Under the pieces are notes generated by a model that ran no database searches, had not been told where the DNA came from, and was given only the letters and a program-made list of their open reading frames with translations. Of a stretch of DNA of 64,000 nucleotides, positions 36,313 through 44,935 are shown piece by piece. The stretch lies in contig OZ252098.1 in the NCBI GenBank assembly GCA_965248355.1, positions 512,001 through 576,000 of the forward strand, in the 5' to 3' direction. The position numbers were made by a program, and so were the translations under genes. Numbering within the stretch: the first letter of the stretch is position 1; every line of letters begins with the position of its first letter. The DNA is from Candidatus Latescibacterota bacterium. GTDB lineage: Bacteria; Latescibacterota; UBA2968; UBA8231.

Positions 36313-37539
36313 TCACTGCGCCCAGAAGCCGGAGACTTGGCCGCCGCGCTCGGTCATGCGCTCGAAGGCGAGGAGGTTGCGCATCAGGTGGCGGGGGTGG
36401 TGGTAGATGTCGGCGCGGGATGAACGGGGCGAGATGGTCACCTTGCGGTCGCTGCCCCTCGTGAACGTCCGGTAGCCGAGCGGCCCCAGGTAGAACCGGC
36501 TCTGCACGTACTCGTACGTCCGCCCGAACCACTCCCGGGGCCATTCCAGCGTCGTGTGTTCCATCAGGATGGAGGCGCCGATGAGCACCTCCTCCTGGAG
36601 CCACAGCACCTTGTCGAAGGTGTAGCTGCCGTGGATCTCCACGGCGCGGAAGAAACCCTCGTAGACGTCGTCCCAGGCCACCTCGAGGTGCCGCCGGAAG
36701 CGCTCGGCGGCCAGGTCGAAGAGCGCCTTGTCACGGCGCCGCATGGCCTCCGGCATCACCATCCACAGCGTCTCGATGGCGTGGCCGAGGTAGATGAAGT
36801 CCTCGTTGTCGTCGTCGGGGCGCTCGTAGTCGTGGTTCAGGGCCTCGTTGGTGAGGCGGTACTCCGGGTTCCAGAAGCGGTTGACGATGCCGTCGACGAT
36901 GCGGTCCGCCAGGGCCTCGAGCTTCGGGTCGGAGACCTGGCTCAGGATCTGCGTCAGGATGAGGATGGCCACCATGTGGCTGCCGAGGGTGCGCATCCCC
37001 GGGTACGAGAGGGGGATGTAGCCCTGCACCGTGTTGCACTGCGGATCGTCCCACCGCGCCATGGCCCGCCACAGGCTGTCGATGGCCAGGTCCATCGACT
37101 CCTGGTCGCCGCTGGCCCTGGCGTACTCCTGCAACCCCTCGGCGACGAACATGGCGGTGTAACCCCGGGCCTCGGCCGGTCCGGTCACGTTGCCCTCGCG
37201 GTCCAGCCCGCTCACCCAGTTGCCCTCGCCGTCCCTTCCGTGGCGGAGGAGGAAGTCGCGCGCCTTCCGAGCCGCTTCGAGGTGCTCCTCCCCGCCGAAG
37301 TGGTTGTAGAGATAGGAGTAGGTCCACAGGCCCCGGCCCTGGTACCACATGTACTTGGAGTCGTCCAGCAGGTTGCCGTCGAGGTCCCGGCTGCACAGGA
37401 ATCCTCCCAGCTCGTGGTCGATGCCGTGGCGGTCCCACAGGGGCAGGAACTCCTCGAAGAGCTGGCGGTGGTAGCGGTCCCGCAGGTCCGCCAGGTTCCT
37501 GCCTGCGATCAGCGTCCTGCGGTCGGCGTCGTTTCCCAT
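36313..37539 (-). CDS. AGE-family epimerase/isomerase, cytoplasmic paralog
   Basis: Same motifs as 32907-34250 (WYQGR, GHAIET, DKVLWLQEE, YHHPRH) but no signal peptide. Confidence 0.85.
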   Translation of the reverse strand: MGNDADRRTLIAGRNLADLRDRYHRQLFEEFLPLWDRHGIDHELGGFLCSRDLDGNLLDDSKYMWYQGRGLWTYSYLYNHFGGEEHLEAARKARDFLLRHGRDGEGNWVSGLDREGNVTGPAEARGYTAMFVAEGLQEYARASGDQESMDLAIDSLWRAMARWDDPQCNTVQGYIPLSYPGMRTLGSHMVAILILTQILSQVSDPKLEALADRIVDGIVNRFWNPEYRLTNEALNHDYERPDDDNEDFIYLGHAIETLWMVMPEAMRRRDKALFDLAAERFRRHLEVAWDDVYEGFFRAVEIHGSYTFDKVLWLQEEVLIGASILMEHTTLEWPREWFGRTYEYVQSRFYLGPLGYRTFTRGSDRKVTISPRSSRADIYHHPRHLMRNLLAFERMTERGGQVSGFWAQ

Positions 37540-37825
37540 GTCGATGCGCTCCTGTGCTCAGCCGGTCCCCCCCGGAAGGGGGAAATAATAGGCCGTCCCG
37601 GCCGAGGCCGCTCCACGTGGAAGATCTTCACCGCCTCGGTCGGCCTCTTCTCCGCCCGCTCTCTCGGGGGGCGGAGGGCCCGCCTGGTGTCGTGGAGAGG
37701 TTGCCGGCCGCACCCCTGGCAGCGATCCGAACCGCAAGTCAGAGAAGCAGTTATGGAGGATGGTCCGGGCCACGGGCCGACGCCTCGGGGGGCCCGGGGG
37801 GGCGCCGAATCCCCGCAAAAACCGC

Positions 37826-37854
37826 TTGGAGACCTCTCTTGACGGCCCTATATT
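37826..37854 (+). promoter_or_regulatory. Candidate sigma70 promoter of the large operon
   Basis: TTGGAG-N17-TATATT about 80 nt upstream of ATG 37934. Confidence 0.4.
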
Positions 37855-37933
37855 GCGCGGGTCCCTCCGGATCGAGCCGGTGAGGAGAATTCGTCATCAA
37901 CCATTTTACTCAACACAGCTCAGGAGCAAGCGC

Positions 37934-39829
37934 ATGAGAGTAGCACGATTCCTTTTCGTCGCAGGAGCCTTGGTGGCGCTCACCGCCGGCATGGCGGCCG
38001 CCCAGGGAGCCATCGGCGGCGAAGAGAACCAGATCACCGAGAGCCGCATGCCCACGGTGCTCACGGTCGACCTCGAGGACATGGCCGTCAGCAGCTTCCC
38101 CGTGGACATCCCTTTCACCACCAGCGGTTCGGCGGCCACGGTCTACCTGGCCGTGTACACCAATCTCTCCGACGCCGACCTGCCGGGGCTGACCACCGAG
38201 GGCGAGCTCAACTGGCATTCCTACCAGGAGGTCAACTACGCCCTGCACGTCTCCCCCGGCTCTCGGTTCGAGCCCGGTTCGCACTCGATCACCTGGGACG
38301 GCGCCGACATGGGCGGCAACGCCGTCGATCCGTCCGGCAGCTACCGGTTCTTCATCATCGCCCTCGATGATCAGGCGCCGATCAACATGGTGGGCTACAC
38401 CAACGCCCGGCATACGTCCGAGTCCTGCCTCGCCCGCGACCAGAACGGCGACCTCTTCATCCTCAGCGGCGGCAGCGCGGTGGCGCTCACCGACGGCGGC
38501 CCCCGCCACCTGATCCTCACCAGGGTCGGCACCAACTGGATCGAGACGCCGGGCGCCTGGCAGGCGATCGACGTGAATGACATGGTGGCTGCCGTGAGCC
38601 ACACGGACGACATCGTGCCCGCCGAGTGGGCCGGCGGCGGCAACGGCAAGCAGTACGGCTCGCTGCCCGGCGACTTCTACGGCGACTCCTGGGACGGCAC
38701 CATCTACGGGTCCATCAAGTTCAACGTCGACCCGGCCAACGGTCAGGTCACGCTCGACACCAACTACGGCACCGAGGGCGACGGCCGCATGAAGTTCGAG
38801 CCCTTCAGCGACGGCAACCTCGCCGTCGGCTCCACGGGCATCGACACCTGGGACGGCCTCATCTACTACCCGATCTATGATCGGGGTGGAGACCAACCCG
38901 CCCACTCCACCGTGGGCATCCAGGACCCGGCCACCGGCGAGGTCGTCGACGTGCTCGACCTGTCCGAGTGGAACGTGGTCGACGTGGGCGCCGGCAACCA
39001 GGCCTTCAGTCCCCACGACATCTGGGTCGACGGCACCGGCGTCTACGTGGTCGGCTACGCCGCTCCCCTTCACCTCAAGGTCAGCCTGGACGGCGAGTTG
39101 AAGTGGATCAACAACAACGGCGACGGCTTTGCCGACAGCATCGACCCCGACACGGGCGACTTCGACTACGGTTCCTTCGCCCTCACGCCCTGGAACACGG
39201 CGGGCTCCGGGAGCAAGGACGGCTGGGGCTTCGCCTACATCCCGCTGCTGGGCAGCACGACCAGCACGGTGGACATCCTCGGTCCGGACGGCACGGGGAT
39301 CCTGCACATGGTCGCCACCCACGCTCCCGCCCACTGGCCGCAGTGGGTCGAGTCGATCGAGGAGGACGGTCCCTACGACGGCCTCTACTGGGACATCGGC
39401 TCGCGCCGCGGCGGCGGCAGCGATCCCTGGGACGCGCCCGACTTCACCGGATACCCGGCGCGTCAGGCCATCCACTTCCCCTTCGACCTCAAGACGGCCG
39501 TCATCAACAGCGACACGGCGGTGGAGGAGGTCGCGGCAGCCGGTACGCCCGGCGCCTACGCTTTGCAGGACGCCTATCCCAACCCCTTCAACCCTGAGTC
39601 GACGATCCGCTTCAGCCTCCCCAAGGAGGAGCACGTGACCCTTCAGGTCTTCAGCCTGTCGGGCCAGCGGGTCAAGACCCTGCACGAGGGGTATGTCGCG
39701 GCCGGCGTCTATGAGAGCGTCTGGGACGGGATGAACGAGGCCGGGGAGAGCGTGGCCAGCGGCGTGTACCTGTACAGCCTGCAGGCCGGCTCCTTCCAGG
39801 AGACCAAGAAGCTGACCCTGCTCAAGTAG
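37934..39829 (+). CDS. Secreted acidic protein with FlgD Ig-like domains and T9SS type-A-like C-terminal domain
   Basis: AGGAG RBS and Sec signal ending AAA-Q. N-proximal HSITWDG.D..GN.V..G.Y. C-terminal L...YPNPFNP.STIRFSL...V.L.VF...GQRVKTL...WDG....G..VASGVY.Y.L......KKLTLLK. Confidence 0.8.
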   Translation: MRVARFLFVAGALVALTAGMAAAQGAIGGEENQITESRMPTVLTVDLEDMAVSSFPVDIPFTTSGSAATVYLAVYTNLSDADLPGLTTEGELNWHSYQEVNYALHVSPGSRFEPGSHSITWDGADMGGNAVDPSGSYRFFIIALDDQAPINMVGYTNARHTSESCLARDQNGDLFILSGGSAVALTDGGPRHLILTRVGTNWIETPGAWQAIDVNDMVAAVSHTDDIVPAEWAGGGNGKQYGSLPGDFYGDSWDGTIYGSIKFNVDPANGQVTLDTNYGTEGDGRMKFEPFSDGNLAVGSTGIDTWDGLIYYPIYDRGGDQPAHSTVGIQDPATGEVVDVLDLSEWNVVDVGAGNQAFSPHDIWVDGTGVYVVGYAAPLHLKVSLDGELKWINNNGDGFADSIDPDTGDFDYGSFALTPWNTAGSGSKDGWGFAYIPLLGSTTSTVDILGPDGTGILHMVATHAPAHWPQWVESIEEDGPYDGLYWDIGSRRGGGSDPWDAPDFTGYPARQAIHFPFDLKTAVINSDTAVEEVAAAGTPGAYALQDAYPNPFNPESTIRFSLPKEEHVTLQVFSLSGQRVKTLHEGYVAAGVYESVWDGMNEAGESVASGVYLYSLQAGSFQETKKLTLLK

Positions 39830-39854
39830 CGGCCAGCGGCAGTTTCGGCAGATG

Positions 39855-39900
39855 GACAAGGTGAGCGATCTCTTCGAGGGTCGCTCACCTTGTCTGTTTT
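39855..39900 (+). terminator. Rho-independent terminator-like hairpin
   Basis: Perfect 14-bp stem GACAAGGTGAGCGA/TCGCTCACCTTGTC followed by TGTTTT. Confidence 0.75.
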
Positions 39901-40046
39901 ATCCCCCTCTCCGGTCCCGGGGGACACGGCCTGATCCGGGGTTCGGCGCAGGCCGTCGCGGAGCCACTCGCCGGCCTCCACGATCCGTGGGCCGCGGGGC
40001 CGACAAGGGGCGGGATCCTCCGCTGGAAAAGGGAAGAAGGCTCTCA

Positions 40047-42194
40047 TTGGCAACAAGACTTCCTTCGCTCGTGTCGGGTCTGCTGCTTCTCGGCGTCCTC
40101 GCCGGGCCGGTCGGGGGCGATGTGCTCCGCATCGGCCACTGGGAGCAGACCACCTACTACCGCCACACCTTCAACGCCGATGAGGCGAGGGACGCCCTCC
40201 TGCGGATCACCGCCGTGGGGGAGTACGTCCTCTATCTCAACGGCGGCGAGGTCGCTTCGGACGGCGACTGGCTGACCGCCGAGGCGGTCCCCGTCTCCCT
40301 GCAACAGGGAGACAACCACATCGCCGTGGCGGTGACCAACGCCCCGGGAGAGGCCGGGGCCGGGCTCCTCCTCAGCCTTCAGGGCGGCCCGCTGGTCGCC
40401 CGCAGCACCTTCTCCGACGAGATCTCCCCGTGGTACTGGACGGGGGAGGGCCAGGAGGGCACGGGCTGGACGACGGCTGACGTGCAGAGCACGTGGAGCC
40501 GCGTGGGCGCCGGGTCGATCGACAGGGTGCGGGTGAGCGAGGCGATCTTCCATCCGGAGGCGGAGGTCGTCGCCGGCTATCCGAACGCGGTGAATCTCGC
40601 CAGCTCGCCGGAGGGCCGCATCGTCCTGGCCGACCAGCGCGGGCAGAACATCGCCCTCGGGGTCAACGCCAGCGAGGTGGGCGTCACCGACGGGAATATG
40701 GGCCTCCCGGTCTGGTCCCTGCCCCAGGGGCTGGGAGCGCTGAACCGCATCGTCGACATCGCCCTGCCGGACCTGACCCGGATCAACCGGGTCCGCGTGA
40801 TCACCAAGCCCCCCGAGGGCAACGAGACCTACAAGGGCAACTCCCTCCTCGGGTACTCGGTGCAGGTCAGCGAGGACCAGTCCCGCTGGATCGAGATGGG
40901 GGGCATCAACGACATCGAGGACCACGTCTTCACGGAGGTCCGCTTCAATCCCGTCCTGGCGCGCCACGTCCGCGTCCAGGTGACCCAGGCCGAGGTCGGA
41001 GCCGACCCCGCCAAGGTGGCGGAGGTCCAGATCTACGGGGTCGACTTTGTCCCCTCCGGGGCCTACGTCTCCCCGCCGCTGGACCTGGGGACCCCCGACG
41101 CGGTGAAGAACTTCGGCCGCGCCCGCTGGTGGGGGGAGGTGCTCCCCGCGACGTCCCTGAGCCTGCAGTTCAGCACCGGCGACAGCCCGGACACGACCGA
41201 CGGGAGCTGGAGCGCCTGGAGCGAGGAATCCGTGGACTCGGAGGTGCTCATCTCCTCACCCGAGCCCCGCCGCTACCTGCGCTACCGGGTGAATCTGCGC
41301 ACCGAGGATTTCGAGTTCACGCCCGCCCTCGACAGTCTCGAGATCGACTATGACCCTGAGGCGATCGCGGCGCGGAGCGCCACCGCTTCGGTGGTTCCCA
41401 ACGAGGCCCCCATGGGAGAGGACGTGGACTACCTCTTCAGCGTCGGCATGGCCCTGGAAGAGGGAGATGCCCTGGAACGGATCCGCATCCGCCTTCCCAG
41501 CCTCCCCACCGCCGTGAACTCGATCCAGTTCCTGGGGCAGGAGATCGCCGTGCCGGAGTTCCCCACGGGCGAGGGGGGCCTGGACGCGGGCGGGCGGATC
41601 CTGCGGCTGGCGCCCGCCGACGTGCGGGACGTGGACGTCGCCTTCGATCCCCCCCTGACCTCCGCGGACGGCGGCGAGATCTCCTTTGCCATCTCCGTGC
41701 AGTGCGCCCTCTACACCGACACCCACGATTTCCGCGCCTTCCTCTTCAGCCCGGGGTCCGACAATCCCCTGAACGTGCTGGAAGAGACCGCTGACGGCGC
41801 CTCCTGGACCGTCGTGGTGAGCGACGTCGTGGCCGGAGACCTGCTGGAGGTCAGAGCGCAGCCCCCGGCCTTCTCCCCCAATGGAGACGGGGTCAACGAC
41901 TTCACGATCATCGAGTTCGCCCTCACCAAGGTGACCGAGCCCCGCCGGGTGGACGTGGAGCTGTACGACCTGAGAGGGCGCCGGGTCCGCAGGCTGGAGA
42001 CGCCGCGGCTCATCGGCGGCCGGTACCTCCATCCCGGCCTGAGCGCGGCGGCGTCGACCTTCTCTCCCGGCTTCTGGGACGGAACGGACGATGCGGGCGA
42101 TCTCGTGCCGCCGGGGATCTACCTGTTCTCGGTGCGGGCGAACCTGGACGACGGCGACGAGGCCGTCTCCGGGGTGGTCCATGTGGTCTACTGA
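40047..42194 (+). CDS. Secreted protein with galactose-binding/discoidin (F5/8C)-like domains and FSPNGDG/FlgD-type C-terminal domain
   Basis: TTG start with signal peptide. YSVQVSED...W, V.ARHVRV.V...VAEVQIYG and RYLRYRV.L motifs. C-terminal FSPNGDGVND...YDLRGRRVR.L...WDG.D..G.LVPPGIY. Confidence 0.75.
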   Translation: MATRLPSLVSGLLLLGVLAGPVGGDVLRIGHWEQTTYYRHTFNADEARDALLRITAVGEYVLYLNGGEVASDGDWLTAEAVPVSLQQGDNHIAVAVTNAPGEAGAGLLLSLQGGPLVARSTFSDEISPWYWTGEGQEGTGWTTADVQSTWSRVGAGSIDRVRVSEAIFHPEAEVVAGYPNAVNLASSPEGRIVLADQRGQNIALGVNASEVGVTDGNMGLPVWSLPQGLGALNRIVDIALPDLTRINRVRVITKPPEGNETYKGNSLLGYSVQVSEDQSRWIEMGGINDIEDHVFTEVRFNPVLARHVRVQVTQAEVGADPAKVAEVQIYGVDFVPSGAYVSPPLDLGTPDAVKNFGRARWWGEVLPATSLSLQFSTGDSPDTTDGSWSAWSEESVDSEVLISSPEPRRYLRYRVNLRTEDFEFTPALDSLEIDYDPEAIAARSATASVVPNEAPMGEDVDYLFSVGMALEEGDALERIRIRLPSLPTAVNSIQFLGQEIAVPEFPTGEGGLDAGGRILRLAPADVRDVDVAFDPPLTSADGGEISFAISVQCALYTDTHDFRAFLFSPGSDNPLNVLEETADGASWTVVVSDVVAGDLLEVRAQPPAFSPNGDGVNDFTIIEFALTKVTEPRRVDVELYDLRGRRVRRLETPRLIGGRYLHPGLSAAASTFSPGFWDGTDDAGDLVPPGIYLFSVRANLDDGDEAVSGVVHVVY

Positions 42195-42224
42195 GAGATC
42201 CTCCTTCGGAGGCGCCGAGGGGTC

Positions 42225-44930
42225 GTGAAGGCCGGAATCCTCACAGGATCCGCTGTCGCGGTGCTGGCGGCGCCCCTGCTGCTGTGCGGGTTCGCCGGGG
42301 CCCAGATGCTCTCCCGCGACGACTACCCCCTGTGGGAGAAGGAGGACTACGAGAACATCGGCCGCTTCGGGTACCGCGACTTCGACGAGCGCGACGTGGA
42401 GAGGCGGGTCTACGACCCCTTCGGCGTCTACCTGATCGACGGCGTCCCCGTCTTCGCCCTCGAGGAGACCCGCACCCAGGGACCCGAGCGGGGCAGCGGC
42501 ATCTTCAAGAGCCCCCTCTATCCGAGCATTTTCCGCAACCTGATGATCGGCATGGATTCCTACCGGGGCTGGGCGGCCTCGATCATGGTGGGCGACGCCG
42601 TGCCGACGCGGTTCTCCTCCCTCACCCTGAACCTGAGCCGGCTCAACGGCATCCGCTTCGACGCCTCCTCCCGCAAGTCGAGCTTCAGCCTGGTGGGATC
42701 GCGCATCTCCGACCCGGTGCTGCTGGCCACGGGTCTGAGCCAGAGCGGCGTGCAGGTCAACCCCGAAGGCGTCTTCGGAAGGCCGACCTTCGGCAGCTAC
42801 CTCGTGGGCGGCCACTGGGAGACGACCCTGGGCAACGTCCTCACCCTGGGATCCACCTACGTCAACGTCCACAACTTCGACAGCGTCGCGGGCCGCAACG
42901 AGGGGTCCCTCAAGGGGGTCGTCCCGTTCTCCGGCCTGGAAGAGGCGAAGTCGGTCTTCGTCATCGTGAGCGACGATTCCCACTGGGACGGCAACGGCCC
43001 CAAGGTCTTCCGCATCGAGATGTATGTCGACGGCGAGCTCCGGACCGATATCGAGCCCATGGTCCGGCTGCTGCCGTCGGTGCCCGCCCTCGTGGGCGCG
43101 GCCAACCGGGAGATCGGCCTGGGGACGAGCGAGATCAACCTGCAGCGGGCGGACAGGCCGTCGTGGCTCATCCAGAGCTACCAGATGGAGGAGATCGTCC
43201 GCGAGGGATATGCGCGCAGCGGCGCCCTCAGCCCCTTCACCAGCGGCGGCCTGTTCTTCAATGAGGGCCTGCCCGTAGGCCACGAGGGCGTTCCCTTCCT
43301 GCAGGCGGGGGGGACCGACGTCCTCGTGTACCGGTTCGAGGTGCCCCCGGGGACGAGGGAGGTCCGCTTCCGGGCTCTCGCCGCCGGGGACTACGTGATC
43401 GACGTGGCCAGCGGCCTCGGCTGGATCGGGACGGACGTGCAGTGGCGGGACTGGCACACGGTCAAGCGCGCCCCGAACAATGTCCGGGATGACGGCAACA
43501 TGGGGTGGGTCACCTTCCGGTACGGCTTTCCCACCGGCATGATCCTCTTCGGCGTGGACTTCGAGGCCAACCTTCTCGGGATCCAGGCCTGGGGGGAGTT
43601 CGCCCGGAACCGGTCCTACTTCAAGTTTCCCTCAGGCGAGGGGGAGCGCCTGGCCACCACCGAGGACGCCTGGTTCATCAACCTCTTCCGGGACATGGGG
43701 GCTTGGGACCTGGGCTTCGAGTACATGAACATGCCCTCGGCCTTCGGCACGAGCTTCCCGGCCCTCATGCAGAATCCCCGGCAGAACGTGATAGCCCCCT
43801 TCGAGCTGGTGGATGACAACGACGACCGGGACGAGTGGCCCGACCGCTGGGAGCAGGAGCGTGACTTCGCCTCCCTCAACCTCACGCCCGCCCCGGGATC
43901 GGGCCTGGGCTTCGGCGTCTTCCCCGGACTCGACGTGGACAACGACGGCCAGCGGGACAACGTCTGGTACCGCGGCGGCGACCGGGTCCTGACCTACTAC
44001 GATCAGCCCTTCGTCTTCGGCGACGACTTCAACAACAACGGGCTGGTGGACGGGTGGGAGAACGACAACCGGCCGGACTACCCCTACGACCAGGACCGCA
44101 GAGGAGGGCACGGCTTCCTCACCTGGAGGCCCTTCTCCGACCGGAAGAGCACCTGGGTGCGCCTCGGCCGCTACGACGTGCGTCAGCCCGACGGCGGCGG
44201 CCGGGACCGGGCCACCTACCTGAAGGCCAACTACCTGCGGCGCTGGGAGGGGCTGGGGCGGGTGCAGCTCAGCTACTACGGCAAGAGGGTCCGGGACGAC
44301 GTGCCCGACGATCTCTACCAGCTCAGCACCAGCTACCGCATCCTGCCCGACCGGCTGCTGCTGCGCAACAGCCTGGTGAACACCGTCCTGGCAGGAGCCC
44401 ACCTGAACACCAGCGCCCTGCCGAATCTCAACGTCTACAACGACATCCGGCTCTCCTTCAACGACCAGCGGGAGCTGATGGAGGAGAACTTCCAGCAGCC
44501 CGAGGCCCGGGTCACGACCGTGGGCTACGTGGCCCGGGCGGACTACAGCTGGCACCTCGGGCCAAACCTGAGCTTCGGTCCCATGTTCAAGGCCACCGTC
44601 AACCGCACCCTGGCGCGCCTGCCCAGCCTGAGGAGCCATACCTACACCCTGACACCGCTCTTCCGGGGTGACTACCGCCTCGCGCCGAGCACCGTGCTGC
44701 GAGGGGGGCTCCTGGGGCTGCCCTTCCGGGCGCAATACCGGAACCTGCTGTGGCCGTTCCTCGACAACGACTCCTGGTACTACATCCTGATCCTGGAGAA
44801 CCTCGCCAACTACCGCGGCATCGACGTGAGCACGAGCATCGGCTTCCAGAAGAACTTCGTCCGCTACATCTCCTCGCACCGGGTTCCCGCCGGATCCGAG
44901 CGCTACTTCATCCGGCTGCGGATCGGCTAG
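42225..44930 (+). CDS. Large exported protein, predicted outer-membrane beta-barrel with Ca-binding-type acidic loops (paralog 1)
   Basis: Signal peptide and many amphipathic aromatic-edged strands. VDDNDDRD..PD, GVFPGLD.DNDG and DFNNNG..D..E.D..PDYPY motifs. Terminal strand YFIRLRIG. Confidence 0.6.
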   Translation: MKAGILTGSAVAVLAAPLLLCGFAGAQMLSRDDYPLWEKEDYENIGRFGYRDFDERDVERRVYDPFGVYLIDGVPVFALEETRTQGPERGSGIFKSPLYPSIFRNLMIGMDSYRGWAASIMVGDAVPTRFSSLTLNLSRLNGIRFDASSRKSSFSLVGSRISDPVLLATGLSQSGVQVNPEGVFGRPTFGSYLVGGHWETTLGNVLTLGSTYVNVHNFDSVAGRNEGSLKGVVPFSGLEEAKSVFVIVSDDSHWDGNGPKVFRIEMYVDGELRTDIEPMVRLLPSVPALVGAANREIGLGTSEINLQRADRPSWLIQSYQMEEIVREGYARSGALSPFTSGGLFFNEGLPVGHEGVPFLQAGGTDVLVYRFEVPPGTREVRFRALAAGDYVIDVASGLGWIGTDVQWRDWHTVKRAPNNVRDDGNMGWVTFRYGFPTGMILFGVDFEANLLGIQAWGEFARNRSYFKFPSGEGERLATTEDAWFINLFRDMGAWDLGFEYMNMPSAFGTSFPALMQNPRQNVIAPFELVDDNDDRDEWPDRWEQERDFASLNLTPAPGSGLGFGVFPGLDVDNDGQRDNVWYRGGDRVLTYYDQPFVFGDDFNNNGLVDGWENDNRPDYPYDQDRRGGHGFLTWRPFSDRKSTWVRLGRYDVRQPDGGGRDRATYLKANYLRRWEGLGRVQLSYYGKRVRDDVPDDLYQLSTSYRILPDRLLLRNSLVNTVLAGAHLNTSALPNLNVYNDIRLSFNDQRELMEENFQQPEARVTTVGYVARADYSWHLGPNLSFGPMFKATVNRTLARLPSLRSHTYTLTPLFRGDYRLAPSTVLRGGLLGLPFRAQYRNLLWPFLDNDSWYYILILENLANYRGIDVSTSIGFQKNFVRYISSHRVPAGSERYFIRLRIG

Positions 44931-44935
44931 GCGCC

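Noticed and set aside
33680-36880. Inverted AGE paralogs acting as an invertible (phase-variation) switch for the transporter
   Set aside because: No site-specific recombinase is nearby, and the paralogs differ at many synonymous sites.
37839-37854. TTGACG as the -35 box for TATATT
   Set aside because: Spacing is only 4 nt. TTGGAG at 17 nt fits better.
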